Positions 33,118 to 45,731 of a stretch of 64,000 nucleotides of DNA are shown here, in pieces (positions within the stretch are counted from its first letter, which is position 1; each line of letters opens with the position of its first letter). Both the position numbers and the translations under genes were made by a program. Under the pieces are notes generated by a model. That model did not search any database and was not told the DNA's origin. It saw only the letters and a program-made list of their open reading frames with translations. The DNA is from Eukaryota sp. TZLM1-RC (lineage: Eukaryota > Protista > Metamonada: BaSk clade), in the NCBI GenBank assembly GCA_040285825.1, contig JAUPSS010000004.1, forward strand, positions 1,426,001-1,490,000, read 5' to 3'.

Positions 33118-34020
33118 CTATAGATACACTTCGATTGTACGGCCGAGTCCTTCTAAATATTCTGCAATGTCCAAATCACCACAATTATGGTCCAGCTTGA
33201 TGGTTGTCAAGGTTTTATTTAACTTTAAAGAGTCAACAATTGCAATCAAACCATCATTCTCAATGCAGTTATGGCTCAGATCAAGAAATGTGAGGGATTG
33301 ATTAACCATGAGAGATTCAGCAAGAGCCAATGCAGAGTTATTCGTGATCCCAGTTCCTCCAATTCCTAAGACGGTCAGCGACGTATTGACCATTAGTGAA
33401 TTGGCTATGGCCTCAACTGCCTTATCTCCTAAACAATTATTACCTAAATGCAAGGTTTCGAGTGTCTTATTATCTACTAGAGCCTCTGCAAACGCCAACC
33501 CTCCTTTACTTCCTATATCATTGTCATCTAGTCCAAGATAACTTATGGCTGAGTTGTATTTTAAGGAATTCGCAATGGCAATCGCTCCATTATCATTTGA
33601 GATTGTACTGATCAGATTAGCACTCAAAAATAACTGCTTCAATGTATTGTTGTTGAGAATCGACTGTGCGATTCCTTCTGCTCCAACAGGTCCAATATAA
33701 TTCCCATAAAAAGCAAGACATTCAAGTGTGTGGTTCAATGCCAAACCATTAGCTATTGCCAGAGCACCTTCATGACCTATCTGGGTTGCACCTAGATTGA
33801 GAGAGGTCACAGGTAGGTTTAAAGACAACATCTGTTCAATGGCTCCAACTTCAGCTTTATTCAACTCTATCCAACTGAGATTGAGTTGAGAACATCCATC
33901 GAATATTTGATCAATTGCATCAAGTATGTAGTCATTGAGATCGGTGAGGGAAACAATAGACTTTAAGTGTTCTAGAAAAGATTCCTTTGATAATAAATGA
34001 TTCACATGTGAAGAGAACAT
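33118..34020 (-). CDS. RNI-like leucine-rich-repeat protein (NLRC3-type repeats)
   Basis: ~28-aa repeats LxxLxLxxNxIGxxGAxAIAxxLxxN. Confidence 0.9.
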   Translation of the reverse strand: MFSSHVNHLLSKESFLEHLKSIVSLTDLNDYILDAIDQIFDGCSQLNLSWIELNKAEVGAIEQMLSLNLPVTSLNLGATQIGHEGALAIANGLALNHTLECLAFYGNYIGPVGAEGIAQSILNNNTLKQLFLSANLISTISNDNGAIAIANSLKYNSAISYLGLDDNDIGSKGGLAFAEALVDNKTLETLHLGNNCLGDKAVEAIANSLMVNTSLTVLGIGGTGITNNSALALAESLMVNQSLTFLDLSHNCIENDGLIAIVDSLKLNKTLTTIKLDHNCGDLDIAEYLEGLGRTIEVYL

Positions 34021-34090
34021 GTTAATTAAAGGTACTGTGTGTAGTGCTCAGTTTTCAAAGTGTTGTTTGAATTGTGGGAAACATTTGTTT

Positions 34091-34735
34091 ATGTGGGACA
34101 TTCCCATAATTGCACGATGTATTTTCGTGCGGAACAATTACATAGACTAACTTTTACTCAAATAATGAGGCCTTTCTATACCTCTCATTCTCGCTTCAGC
34201 AATCGCAAACATATTCAGAAATACCAACTTATTTCTATTTAATAGGTTTCTTTCACCATTGTTACTTGATTTACAATTATCATTATTGCAAGCTAATAAA
34301 TCATGGCATGTAGTGCCGGCTTTTTTTTCTCTCTGATAAAATCCTGGATTTTTGACTTTCAAGAAAGCTCCCACTCTTTCAAAACAAACAGGACATTTTG
34401 CTGAAGTTAATGCTTCATTGATCATCAATACTTCAAAACCATTTCTCTACAGAAACTGAATCCATCCAGTTCTTCTAGTAGGCCAATGACGTTTTAAATT
34501 CTTGGAACCATATTTACCATAATCACCCATTAGAATTAAAATGTCTTTGGGATGCCAAGCTTTTGAACAAAGCTGTTTAACAACCAACTTTCATTCTGTT
34601 GCTTGTGAATAAAAGCTTGCATATTATGAATGCTCCACAAGTCAATTCTATATTCTATTGTCAAATATATATAAATATTGCCAAAGTTTGGCAACCACAA
34701 GGTTTGAGAACTCTGAAATGGTTGCGGAATTCTGT
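34091..34735 (-). pseudogene. Second Fanzor copy: C-terminal third plus omegaRNA-like 3' end
   Basis: ILMGDYGKYGSKNLK, INEALTSAKCPVCF, LLNRNKLVFLNM, RPHYL and the same non-coding tail; stops and frameshifts. Confidence 0.9.
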
Positions 34736-34867
34736 AGCTAAAACCTCACATTTATTCTTATCAAATTAGATTTGATTCGCCATAAGAACCCCTCTTTTTG
34801 AACTATTCGCCTTCAAGTAATGAAGAAACGGTTTCTGAAAAAATAACAAAAACAAAATTTATAGAGA

Positions 34868-35671
34868 CTATTGAGGAATATCTACCAAATCTACAAAATC
34901 CAAACCTCTCAATTGATCTAGCATATCAACTATTCCAACATCCAAAACTTCAGCATCATCAGCCTTACACCAATCATAATACTCTTGGAGAAAGGCAATA
35001 ATCCGGGATGCAGGAACCTGGTCAACATTGGAATCTACACAAACGGTGAGCATATACTCTTCTTCAAGGCAGGGCTTCTTGCGGTACTCCTGAGGAAGGT
35101 AATACTCGAAAGCGAGGCGGCGAAAACCCTTGGAACTCCAAAATCCACGAGCAGAACCACTATAGGGATCAAGACTTACTTCAGCGAAATAGAGAGGTTT
35201 CTCAGCAAACTTACCATCTACATGAATCATACTATCCTTCCATACTCTGGAGGCTAGTCCTTGACGCTTGTAATCAGAATGAGTGGCAAGATAACCAATG
35301 AGCACACATTCGTTATGAGGAAATACATCAATTGAAACACCACATACAACCTGGTTCTCCTCATTTGTAATGAGAGAAACATGGCAATGTGGCTGAGTTT
35401 CATCATAATGGCTGAGATGAACACACTCATTTTCAACAGGATCATCCTTAAATGTTGTCCGAAGCAAACTAATCCAGCCAGGCGCGAGTTCTTTACGCTG
35501 CGGAAGGGTAGCATACTTGTACTTGGCATCTGTGAGATCTAATGGCAATGAAACCTGCTTGTTTGGGAGTACCAATGTTGACCCAAACGTACTCGGTTTT
35601 TTCTTACGCTTCTTTACACCACGGGAACAGCCTGTGATTTCTGAGGAAGAAGAACCGTCATTCTGGAACAT
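34868..35671 (-). CDS. GNAT-family acetyltransferase with an N-terminal basic NLS-like patch
   Basis: IGYLATHSDYKRQGLAS acetyl-CoA motif A, ARGFWSSKGF motif B, KKRKKK; start at 35671 preferred (ORF open from 35752). Confidence 0.8.
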   Translation of the reverse strand: MFQNDGSSSSEITGCSRGVKKRKKKPSTFGSTLVLPNKQVSLPLDLTDAKYKYATLPQRKELAPGWISLLRTTFKDDPVENECVHLSHYDETQPHCHVSLITNEENQVVCGVSIDVFPHNECVLIGYLATHSDYKRQGLASRVWKDSMIHVDGKFAEKPLYFAEVSLDPYSGSARGFWSSKGFRRLAFEYYLPQEYRKKPCLEEEYMLTVCVDSNVDQVPASRIIAFLQEYYDWCKADDAEVLDVGIVDMLDQLRGLDFVDLVDIPQ

Positions 35672-36238
35672 AAAACAGCTGGAGGTAGAGAGCAACAAGA
35701 GGAGAGTAAAATGGATTACTGGTTCGCATCTTTCAATTTGATGTCCTTTCATGTTCAGTAATCATTTTGTTTCCTGAATTGTTTTGGTTTAAATTTTAAT
35801 TATATAGTGCAAAATGTCTGAGTTAAATCATTCATAAAACAGTATTAGCTACATTACCATTAGTATCTGGGAATTCTTCTGGGAAACTTATTTCTAGCAA
35901 AAACCTATTTTATTCAAACGAAATTGTTAAAAACTAAAAATCAATTTTTACGATCTCCACGTCTACCATTGAAAATTTATCTACAGCATTTTCTTCATAA
36001 AACAATACAGCAATAAGATTAGTGTATGAGTCAACAAATATTTAATCTCAATTATTCTCTATACCCTCAAACCAGACCATATAACGACAAGTTACATTAA
36101 CAAGACTAATGCAAACCCACATACTACAAGAGATCAGCTGCAATATGATCAGTTGCATAATGTTGATAACGCAATATATTGTGTGAAGATCAAAAATCTG
36201 AATAATTCTGTTGACTGCCAACTTCCAACCTCCATTTG

Positions 36239-36934
36239 ATGGATTCCCGAAAAAGGATATTGAGCTATGAAATCATAAGCCAACACTTCAACAAGCCTTT
36301 GCAACAGGCTGCCGCACTGCTTGGTATTGGCAGAACAACGCTGAAGCAACGTTGTCGTGAATTAGGAATCCCAAAATGGCCTTATGTACGTCGTTACCGT
36401 AAGACTAGTGAGACATCCGAGAATCCCGCTCTATCGACACCTCCCCTGCAACCTGCTCCAGTTCGAATGTTTAACCCATACCACAATGTTCCTTCCCATT
36501 GTTCTACCCCTGTAGTTAGCCCAGTACCGTCATGGGTGGTGAAGCCTCCCACGCCGACGTGTAACCTGGTGTTTACGGGAGACAATGGACCTGTGGAGGT
36601 CGGGACGACCAACCATGTTGCTGCATACATCAGGGACCTGAACTATATATCCTTCTTCACTGTGTGTCATCTTAACGAACCAGCTTACTTTAGGAAGAAC
36701 CGGGCTGTCCATTTCCTCATTACGGATATCGCTGTGCGTAGATGTCCAGTTTTATTGTGTTTATTGTCAAGTTATTGCCATTTGTTTGGCTTTTTTTGTA
36801 AATATTTATTTTTAGTGTTTTGTTGTGGTCAACAATATCCAACAGTTGCAACCTGTTCTTTTGAAACATATATCTTTTTGTTGAAACATACAATTCATCC
36901 TCATTGTGTGCAAACATTTGTTGATACAAGTTAG
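36239..36934 (+). CDS. RWP-RK domain transcription factor
   Basis: LSYEIISQHFNKPLQQAAALLGIGRTTLKQRCRELGIPKWPY; the 3' end/exon structure is uncertain. Confidence 0.8.
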   Translation: MDSRKRILSYEIISQHFNKPLQQAAALLGIGRTTLKQRCRELGIPKWPYVRRYRKTSETSENPALSTPPLQPAPVRMFNPYHNVPSHCSTPVVSPVPSWVVKPPTPTCNLVFTGDNGPVEVGTTNHVAAYIRDLNYISFFTVCHLNEPAYFRKNRAVHFLITDIAVRRCPVLLCLLSSYCHLFGFFCKYLFLVFCCGQQYPTVATCSFETYIFLLKHTIHPHCVQTFVDTS

Positions 36935-37065
36935 CTTATCTGTGTGATCATCAACTCAAAAGTGTCACAGTTTCTTTTTTTTCCTTTTTTTTCACAAAAG
37001 TTTCTTTTTTTTTCATTTTTTTTCACAAAAGTTTCTTTTGTTTACATTACATTATTTATTAAAAC

Positions 37066-39303
37066 TTATAAATCAACAGCCAAATAATCCGTATCTCCCA
37101 AAACAATTCTAATAGATGTACCCCTCTCATAGTGAGATCCAAGAGAACGCAAAGCATCAGAAATCGACTTCAACATCCCCTTAAAAATAGAAAACACAAT
37201 TCTATTTTGCCAAAACAATCTGTTGAAATTTCTGTTAGTTCTTCTCTTTACAATCATTTCAAGCTCTGCCAAAAAACGTATAGTCGTTTGAGCAAGTGAA
37301 CCAAAAAGAGAAAAAAGAAATTGATACAAACTGAATTTTGCATGCTGTTGACTGGACAATTGAGACAATGGTTCTTTGTATTGTTTGATTTTAAAATTCT
37401 CAGCATTTGAAAGATGATTAAGAATTTCAGAATTCGCAAGTTTTTAATTTGAAACATTACAAGGATCAACAGACATTACATCCAATAAAATGAAGCTTTC
37501 ATCTAATTTAGGTTATATTAAATCACCTCAATTATTCTTGTGAAAATTATCTTCAGAATCAAACAAATTTGACAACAGAGGTTCCAAAAAAAGATTCAAT
37601 TCTATGAGACTTGCACATACAATATAATGGGTCTCTAACAGCAGCATGAACCTTGCTTCTAAAAGTAATAAAATGTTTACAATTTAACAAATGAGTAATT
37701 GTAATCTTTCGAGAACATTTACAAATTTAATTATGAGGTATAATATCTGGCCAGATAAAGGAACGAACTTTCTTATTCAAAATCCAAGCAGAATCAGTTA
37801 AGAGAGTGCCATAAACTTTAGGAATTGTTGTTACTTAGGCAGAAGAAGTACTGTCACACATATCTTGTAAAAGATTTGCAAAAGCGGGATTCTGTTTCTT
37901 GGCCATGCCAAATCTAACATCAAATTTCAAGCTTTCAAATATCTTGGACAACTTTTGTTGAAGGTTTTTACAACAAAACTGTCAATTCAAACGAGATCAG
38001 TTGGGAATTTTTTGAATTGATTAGGAAAAACATTTAATATAGTTCAACTTTTCAAACAAATCTATGGTGATTTCAACATTATTTCTTAAAAACGGACCCA
38101 AATGACGGATAAAATTAAATGAATATAACTTGGCTTGAATTTGCTTTTCAATACCATCAACTATTTTAGGAACTGTAGAATTCAATAGTAAAACACATTT
38201 AGTTAAGTAAAGTCGAAGGCCTACTTTGTTATATAAATCTGTAAAAAACATACAATTGCTTCCCTAAAAATCTGTAAGCCATCTAACAACATCATCATGG
38301 AAGAACAACATCATCCATATAAGCAATCATTATTAACGAAGGAAACATCTCATGAATTTGTGATAAAATAGGATGAATTGCGAAACAACACAAAAGGAGT
38401 CCTAAAGGATCTACTTGCTTTAAACCACTTGATGAACACAAAATGGCATTACAAAAACGCAAGTTAGAATTTGTGCTACATGTTGAACGGAAATACGGTA
38501 ATTGGATTAATAATTGCATAAAACATTTAAAAATAGAAAATCCTACTAGTCAACAAATTGTTGATTCTGTAATTCAAAGACGAAAATCAAAAATAATTTT
38601 AATCAATTTTCATCACCTCTTATCCGAAGAATATATATAAGTTTCATGATGCTAGTTCATTCGCTAGTTATACTATTTTTGATCAATCTGTTGAGTTTCC
38701 AGCAATTGACATCATCTATATCATCAAAAAGTGTCATTTAGAATAACATGATTTTGAAAGAAAAATTGTAAATATTATGTTGGAATATGATTATCCTTTT
38801 CCCAACCATCATTAATTTTAACAACCAATGATGTAAAATAGTGTTCCAATTTGGGTAAGATGAAACTGAAATGTTTAATCAATTATGTATCTGATTGGGA
38901 GATTTACTTCAAAAGGCACCACTTGATATATTAATCAAATTCAGCAATACATTTGATAGATTTTATAGTATTTGCGAAATATTAAATCAAAAACAATTTG
39001 AATTATTGCATAAATGTTGTTTTAACAATAGAACATTAATCAATGTATATGATTTACCTGATGATGATTTTGTTGAATTATTATTGAAATTTAAAAATTC
39101 TATTTCAAATTAATAAATATAAAGCAAAGAATGATGTCACTATTCGAGTATTGAGAAAAATAAACATAAATAGATATTGAATGAAAATGGCTGGGAATAA
39201 AATTCCATTTGCAGATAAATTAATTGAACAATTAACAAAGAATATAAATGTAAAAGTTCAAAATTAAAGTTTATCTGAACGATTGTTGAATCAAATGATA
39301 TTC
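37066..39303 (-). repeat. Right arm of the inverted duplication (CRE copy 37066-38497 plus orphan segment), interrupted at 39304 by LTR element 2
   Basis: Reverse-complement match to 21419-23887 with a ~270-bp deletion at a CCG microhomology. Confidence 0.9.
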
Positions 39304-39639
39304 TGTTGGCGCCCTAAGGCTTATATAATACGAATAGAAAATAATTCAGACTTTTCTTTACTACAATAGACTTTAGCCAACAATAATTATTGGCCATTTT
39401 AAAGTCAACAGGTATTCCATGACTTCAGCATTAGTGAACATCCACAGACACTTTTACAGCATGTCAGACATCTTCCAGCAAGATATCTCTGACTCTAATC
39501 CCCCATCTAACATGCAGCAGGTACCAGCGACATATATACATAATATAGAGGGTAACGAGGCAACGGACCTGGATCCCACCTCCCCCTCCCTTAAAGTAGA
39601 AGAAGATGAAAGGTTGGACGAGGTCCCTCCTTCTTCAGC

Positions 39640-39840
39640 AATAGAAAAGGTAACGAGAACGGACCCGGCTCCCTCTCCCCTCAGGAAAAAAGAAACAGAT
39701 GAGGTTACGAGAACGGACCCAGCTCCCTCTCCCCTCAAAGCAATGGAAGAGGCAACGAGAACGGACCCGGCTCCCTCTCCCCTCAAGTATACAGAATTAC
39801 CCTCGGAGGCAACGAAAACGGACCCGGCTCCCTCTCGCCT
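39640..39840 (+). repeat. Coding minisatellite, four TRTDPAPSPL-type units, in the element 2 N-terminus
   Basis: ACGAGAACGGACCC(G/A)GCTCCCTCTCCCCTC-type unit repeated four times. Confidence 0.9.
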
Positions 39841-42594
39841 CCCAATTCTAGAACCTGTTTTAAAGAGAACGGATGGAAATCCCACCTTAGACACGTCTTC
39901 CCCATTAGGAGAATATGAAGAAATTCAATCTCAACTGGATGAAATGGAGGGAGAAGACGACTCTTCCGAGGGGTTCTAAAAGTTATTAAGAGAGGATGCG
40001 GAGGCTTACCTCGAACCAACAGATTTCTGTCTGTTCGAGCAGCTTCGCCCTTTATGGAGTTACATTCAAAAAAGAGGCAGAAACGTTGGTTTCCAGATCC
40101 TCGGAATGATTGGGGATACCCAAAAGGTATTGGAAATTCCCCTCAATGAAAGGAATGAACTCATAAAGGCACTTGACAAACTGAGTAGAAAAAAATTCGG
40201 GATTAACGCAGAGCGCCGCCCCAGAATCTCTGGAATGGACAAGAGAATCTATGAAATGATGTCTCTTCCCATCAAAGATAGATTGGATTGGAAGGCCTCC
40301 TTCCTAGATCAACATGGCAGGAGAATAAGGTTTCTCTCCATCGAGCAGAGAAGTAGGACCGACTCGGAAGACATCCTACAATCCAAATTGCCTGCCTGGT
40401 TTGATCCTAACTTTGATACGGAAATCCATAATTACACGGAGCTGACAGAGGGTGCTCCCACATATTCTAGGGAATTTATGGAGCAGGAGGATAGTAGTGA
40501 ACAAGACAAGTTTGAACCAGTAACACCCTGGTTTGATGCAGACGCTTTAAATAACATTCATACGGAACGATCAGCTGTATCCACGTATAGGAGCCGTCCT
40601 AACAACTACATCCAACAACATGGTAACTCGTTCACAAAACAACGAGAGTCTAGACAATGGGTAACGGGAGATCCATCCACATCTCTCCATCTTCCCAAAC
40701 TGCCTGTTGTAGCCCCTATAATTTCTGAACAAAGCCAATCAATACAGGTCTGCTCTATTGACAGCATACCCAAACATGTTCCAACAGTGAATGTCCCGGA
40801 ACCTGTAACTAGACAAGACGTTGCTCCTCAGGAAAAACCAACTTCCTCCCAACCTATGGAACGTGAAATCGGAGAAGACATAGAGTTGAACGGGCCAGTC
40901 GTTGGAGAAACGGCTCGTCCTCAACCCTCAGTAAGAAACTCTTCTTCCGACAGATCTATGCGTATTGAGGACCTAGAATCCTCAAGAAGAGCTATTGACA
41001 TGAGCATAGCGAGTAGCCTTCATAGACAGATTGATCCACGGTCTAGGATATCGATTATAAAAAACCTCGATTATCCGCTGATGACCCTATCAACAAAATG
41101 TCTATCATAGTTTTTCTTTTAAAATATCAAACTTGGGATAAATACGGGCGAAAGATAGCTAATAGAAGCTTTGAAGCCCCAGGTCAATCAGATTGGACCA
41201 GAGCCTTTATGATAGCTACCCAGCTATTTGGAGAAGGCCAAGCAGAAATAACCCAAGATAGGATTAAAGATTTCCCCAAACATATACGCGACGAGATCAC
41301 CAGGGATACAACACAGCCTTTGATAAGGATTGACCCAGCTATAACAGATAAGCTCGAACCCCCAATCCACCATTATGATTTATTTAGGAGCATGATGATG
41401 AGCACTTGCCCTACAGGAATATCCAGCATGATTGACCCTAGCCTTTTATCCAGATGGCAAAGTCAAGGTTTACTCGGTGTTGATTATACCGACGCCGACG
41501 TCATGGTATTTCTGTTAAAAAGAACACAATTCACATCATATCATAAGGCTTGTACAGTCCTAATGAAGCCTAAAATAAACTGGAGAAAAATCCACAATAG
41601 GCATGAGGCTGACAACGAGTTTGGTCGTTATGTAGAAGAATTTGGAGACGTCTTGAGAATGAGCACCTACATCACCGACCTAACCATCCCCGATTTAATT
41701 AGAGGAAGCAGTGGGCTGATAACCATATCTCTCGCTCTAATAGCCGAGTACTTCCTTATGGGTTTGGATAACTTTGCTATATCGAGCGAACTCCTCCTAG
41801 TATGGACTAGGGAATCCTTGTGGGACTCACCGAACAGAACAACTCTACCCGATTTAATATCGACAAAGAGAAGACACTTCCTCGCTTAGTGTTACACAGC
41901 AGGAAACAAGCCCACAATGGACGTACTAAGGAACAAGGCTAACGAAGAAGATATTCCTTTGGGACTCACGGCGATGAGAACTTACTCAAGAGGAGTAACA
42001 TCATCAACCCAGGCTCCATCAAAACGAGCAAGACGATCAGGAGGAAAGCCAAGAGGAACCCCTCAACACAAATACATCCCTGAAAAGCATGAACGAGAAG
42101 GGTCAAAATTCTGTACATTCTGCAGCAACGTCGAAGGTAACAATCCTGTCGGCCACACTGTATTCGAATGCAAAGACCCTCGTTGTGCTAGAAGCAGAGT
42201 TCCCAAAAAAGAAAGATTCAGATTAGGAGAACAGGAGGCGCCTGCTAGTAGAGGCAGTGTAGAAAGGGGCCGAGGTGGCCGTGGTAGATGTGTACATAGA
42301 TTCAAATTGAGAGGCCGTGGAGGCCGCTTTAGAGGTCATAAAGGAAGAGGTCAGTACAGACCTATTTATAACATCAACAATACAGAGGATATATCATCAA
42401 ACGCATCCCCTACTGATTCAAAACCGACCCGTTTGAGTACGGTTCCTCACAGACGGATCAACAACAGCAACCGGAACAGCAGGACAGGCAACTTACCTAA
42501 TCGAGTACACATCAACGCAATCAATCCCAATCAATCATCAACCGATTTAGGAAACCCGGTCAACAACTTTCCAACAGCTCAACAAACTCTTTTA

Positions 42595-43060
42595 ATTCCT
42601 CTACAAATTCACCAAACCAGCTCTGATATCAATAGTATTCTTGATATTAATTTTACGGTTAGTGAAAACGACATCAGGTCCCAGCGTTCTCCTTTTCTAA
42701 GACTGAAAAGATATCAATAAATTATAATAAATTGATTGCGACTATAGATTCGGCTGCGTTTTGTTCAGTTATTACTGCTGATTTAGCTGAACAATGCCAT
42801 ATGTCAATCAATAGCAAGGATACCATTATTCCTCTACAAATTCACCAAACCAGCTCTGATATCAATAGTATTCTTGATATTAATTTTACGGTTAGTGAAA
42901 ACGACATCAGGTCCCAGCGTTCTCCTTTTCTAAGACTGAAAAGATATCAATAAATTATAATAAATTGATTGCGACTATAGATTCGGCTGCGTTTTGTTCA
43001 GTTATTACTGCTGATTTAGCTGAACAATGCCATATGTCAATCAATAGCAAGGATACCATT
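42595..43060 (+). repeat. Perfect 233-bp tandem duplication over the protease start of element 2
   Basis: 42595-42827 repeats at 42828-43060; frame-disrupting. Confidence 0.9.
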
Positions 43061-45731
43061 AGGTTCTTACCAGCTAATAACGTATCCACAACTTCGCTAG
43101 GGAGTGCAACTGGTATTCTGTCGTTCAACGTAGGAAGCATTGTGCAACAAGCTCATTATAAACATACTCTTCCCATAATCCCGGGTTCGAACAAATTATT
43201 AATAGGGACAGACATGTTAAAAGCACTTGGGCTTCAGATGGATGATAATCTTTTCATTAGAATAGACAAAGAACACCGCACTTTGCTAAATGCAGAATCA
43301 GAATTCGACTCTAGAATCGCTCAACATTCGATTGGGAACTTAGATAACCAATCACCAAGTCCTCCTGATTTTGAGAAGCATTTAGCAAGATCTGGATGTG
43401 AGATAAATTTAAATGATAGTAATAATAAATTAAAATTAACGAGTCTACTAAAATTATTCAGCGATGTTTTTAGTGAAACTCCTAATAGAAAAGGAATCGA
43501 TTGTAATCCTCTAACAATCCTCTTTAGAGATGAGAATGCTATAGTACACAAGCCTGCTAGACGGTTACATTCCAGCAAAATGGAAATAGCAAACAAAATA
43601 TTTGATGAACTGATCGAAATGGGCTATGCAGTTGAATCTAATTATAAATTCAGCTCTCCTATTGTCTTAGTTTTATATCCTGACGGCAAGAAACCCAGGT
43701 TAACTGGAGACTTTAGTGGTAAAGATGGAGTTAATGCCCATACGATTTCAGTAGAGCCTGATCTACCTAGGATTAGTGATATTTTAGAATTTTTGAGTAA
43801 AGCAAATTACATCGCCACGCTTAATTTACCAAAAGCTTTCTGGCAGATGAATGTAGCTGAGAAGGATATTGAGAAAACATCAATCTCATTTCCTGGAAGG
43901 TCAATCATGTTTAAAAGAGCTTGCTTCGGATTAAAGAACATCCCAGCAGTTTTCCAAAACGTAATAACGAAAATTTTCCAAATAGACGGCGTTTTCATAT
44001 ACATTGACGATATCATAATAGTTGGAACGACATTCGAAGAATTTTATAAGAGATTACAAAGAGTCCTCCAATGCGCCAGAAATAGACGTGTAAATATAGG
44101 CTTAGGTAAATGTAAATTCGTAACATCAAAACACCCTATCGACATTTTAGGAAGTACCTTCCAGGATAAAACTAGATTTATTAGTAAGAAAAAAATCGAA
44201 GCCTTGATGAGAATGCCTAGACCAAAAACAGTGAAAGAAGTTCGCTCATTGGTAGGATCCATCAATTATATTAGAGATTGGCTTCCAGGTATTTCTGAAT
44301 TAATTGCTCCAATTAACGAGCTAATTAAAGGAAAACCCAGAATAATTAAATGGACTAGCAAGCATGACGATTACTTGAAACAAATAAAAGACTTAATAGT
44401 AAACCACATGCCCCTTGAATTACCAGCTCCGGGCAAGCGAGTATTGATAAGTACTGACGCTTCAGATGTAGCACTAGGAGGTGTTATTTGGCAAGAAATT
44501 GAACCCTACTCCCCTGCAGGAACCCCGCTAAATAAAAGGAAAGTAAAACCTTTGTCATTCTATAGTAGATTACTCACAGAAACACAAAGAAAATAGTCCA
44601 CATTACAAAAAGAATTATATGCAATACTTTTGATTTTAACTGAAAGTTGTTTAGAAAGCTACTTGTTAACTAGACATTTAACAATTTTCACAGATCATAA
44701 AAACATTGCATTCCTGGCTACAGCCCCAGAGTAAAATAGAATTGTAAAGAGATGGCTGCCGATACTATCTGAATTCGACTTTGACATAGTCCACTAACCT
44801 GGTAAAGACAACCATTGGGCAGATATGTTATCGAGGAATATTGATTTGGATCAAAACGAGGAAACTCCTTCTATTTGTAGCATAAATATACCAGATACTT
44901 TACTTTCAAATTACGAGATACCTCCACTAGACGATCCCATCAATCTCATCTCTAAGTAGACACCAAGACCTACCTATTTTTTTGGTTCTCTAAAATAAGA
45001 TCTGAACAACAAATAGCCAAAAACAACAACGACTCGTCATTTGAAAATGCAATTCTAGATGAAAATACTCAAATTTAGAAAAATAATAAAAACAAAATTT
45101 TGATTCCAAAGAGCCTCAGAAAACAGGCACTACTATTAATTCATAGTTTGGTGCAATCTGGTCACCCTAGCAAAAACCATAGTTTACATAAACTATCCAA
45201 AAGCGATTTCTACTGGCCCAATATGAGAAAGAACCTCATTAATCATGTCAAAACATGCCCAACTTGTCAAAAAACGGCTCCAGTTAAAAGATCAAAAACA
45301 CCTTACACAGGATCTTTATGGGCAGATCGTCCTTTTGCCAGATTAAACGTCGATACAATTGGACCCCTAAATTCTGACAACGAAGGAAATAAATATCTAT
45401 TAGTATTTGTAGACTCTTTTAATGGATATACAATCTTAGTCCCTCTAAAAGAACTCAATGCCTTAGAAACCGCAGATGCCTTAATTTGGAATGTTTGCGC
45501 AATCTTTAGCATACCTATGTTAATTCATAGCGATAATGGACCTGAGTTCGCCAATGAGACTTTCAAAATAGTGTGTAACAGATTAGCGATTGAGATGAGT
45601 AACTCAATTCCCCACTATTCAAAAAGTAATGGGCTTGTAGAACGTAAACATAGAGACGTTCTTCAATGCTTAAGAAAACTATTAATAGATTTTGATTTTC
45701 ACAGAAATTGGTCAACCAATGCAACCTAAAA

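Larger units (their letters stand above)
39304..45729 (+). mobile_element. Ty3/Gypsy LTR retrotransposon (element 2), 3'-truncated, multiple stops and frameshifts
   Basis: Putative 79-bp 5' LTR TGTTGGC...GCCAACA (39304-39382); gag with CTFC-x10-H-x4-C; TIDSAA protease; YIDD RT; TDASD RNase H; VDTIGP...SDNGPEF integrase; no 3' LTR seen. Confidence 0.9.

Noticed and set aside
36733-36771. Intron in the RWP-RK 3' region
   Set aside because: The candidate GT..AG lacks the -7 A seen in all other introns here; left unannotated
39389-39410. Canonical tRNA PBS starting at TGGCC
   Set aside because: It is offset 8 nt from the LTR, differs after TGGCC between families, and is absent in element 1; not fully excluded without the host tRNA set
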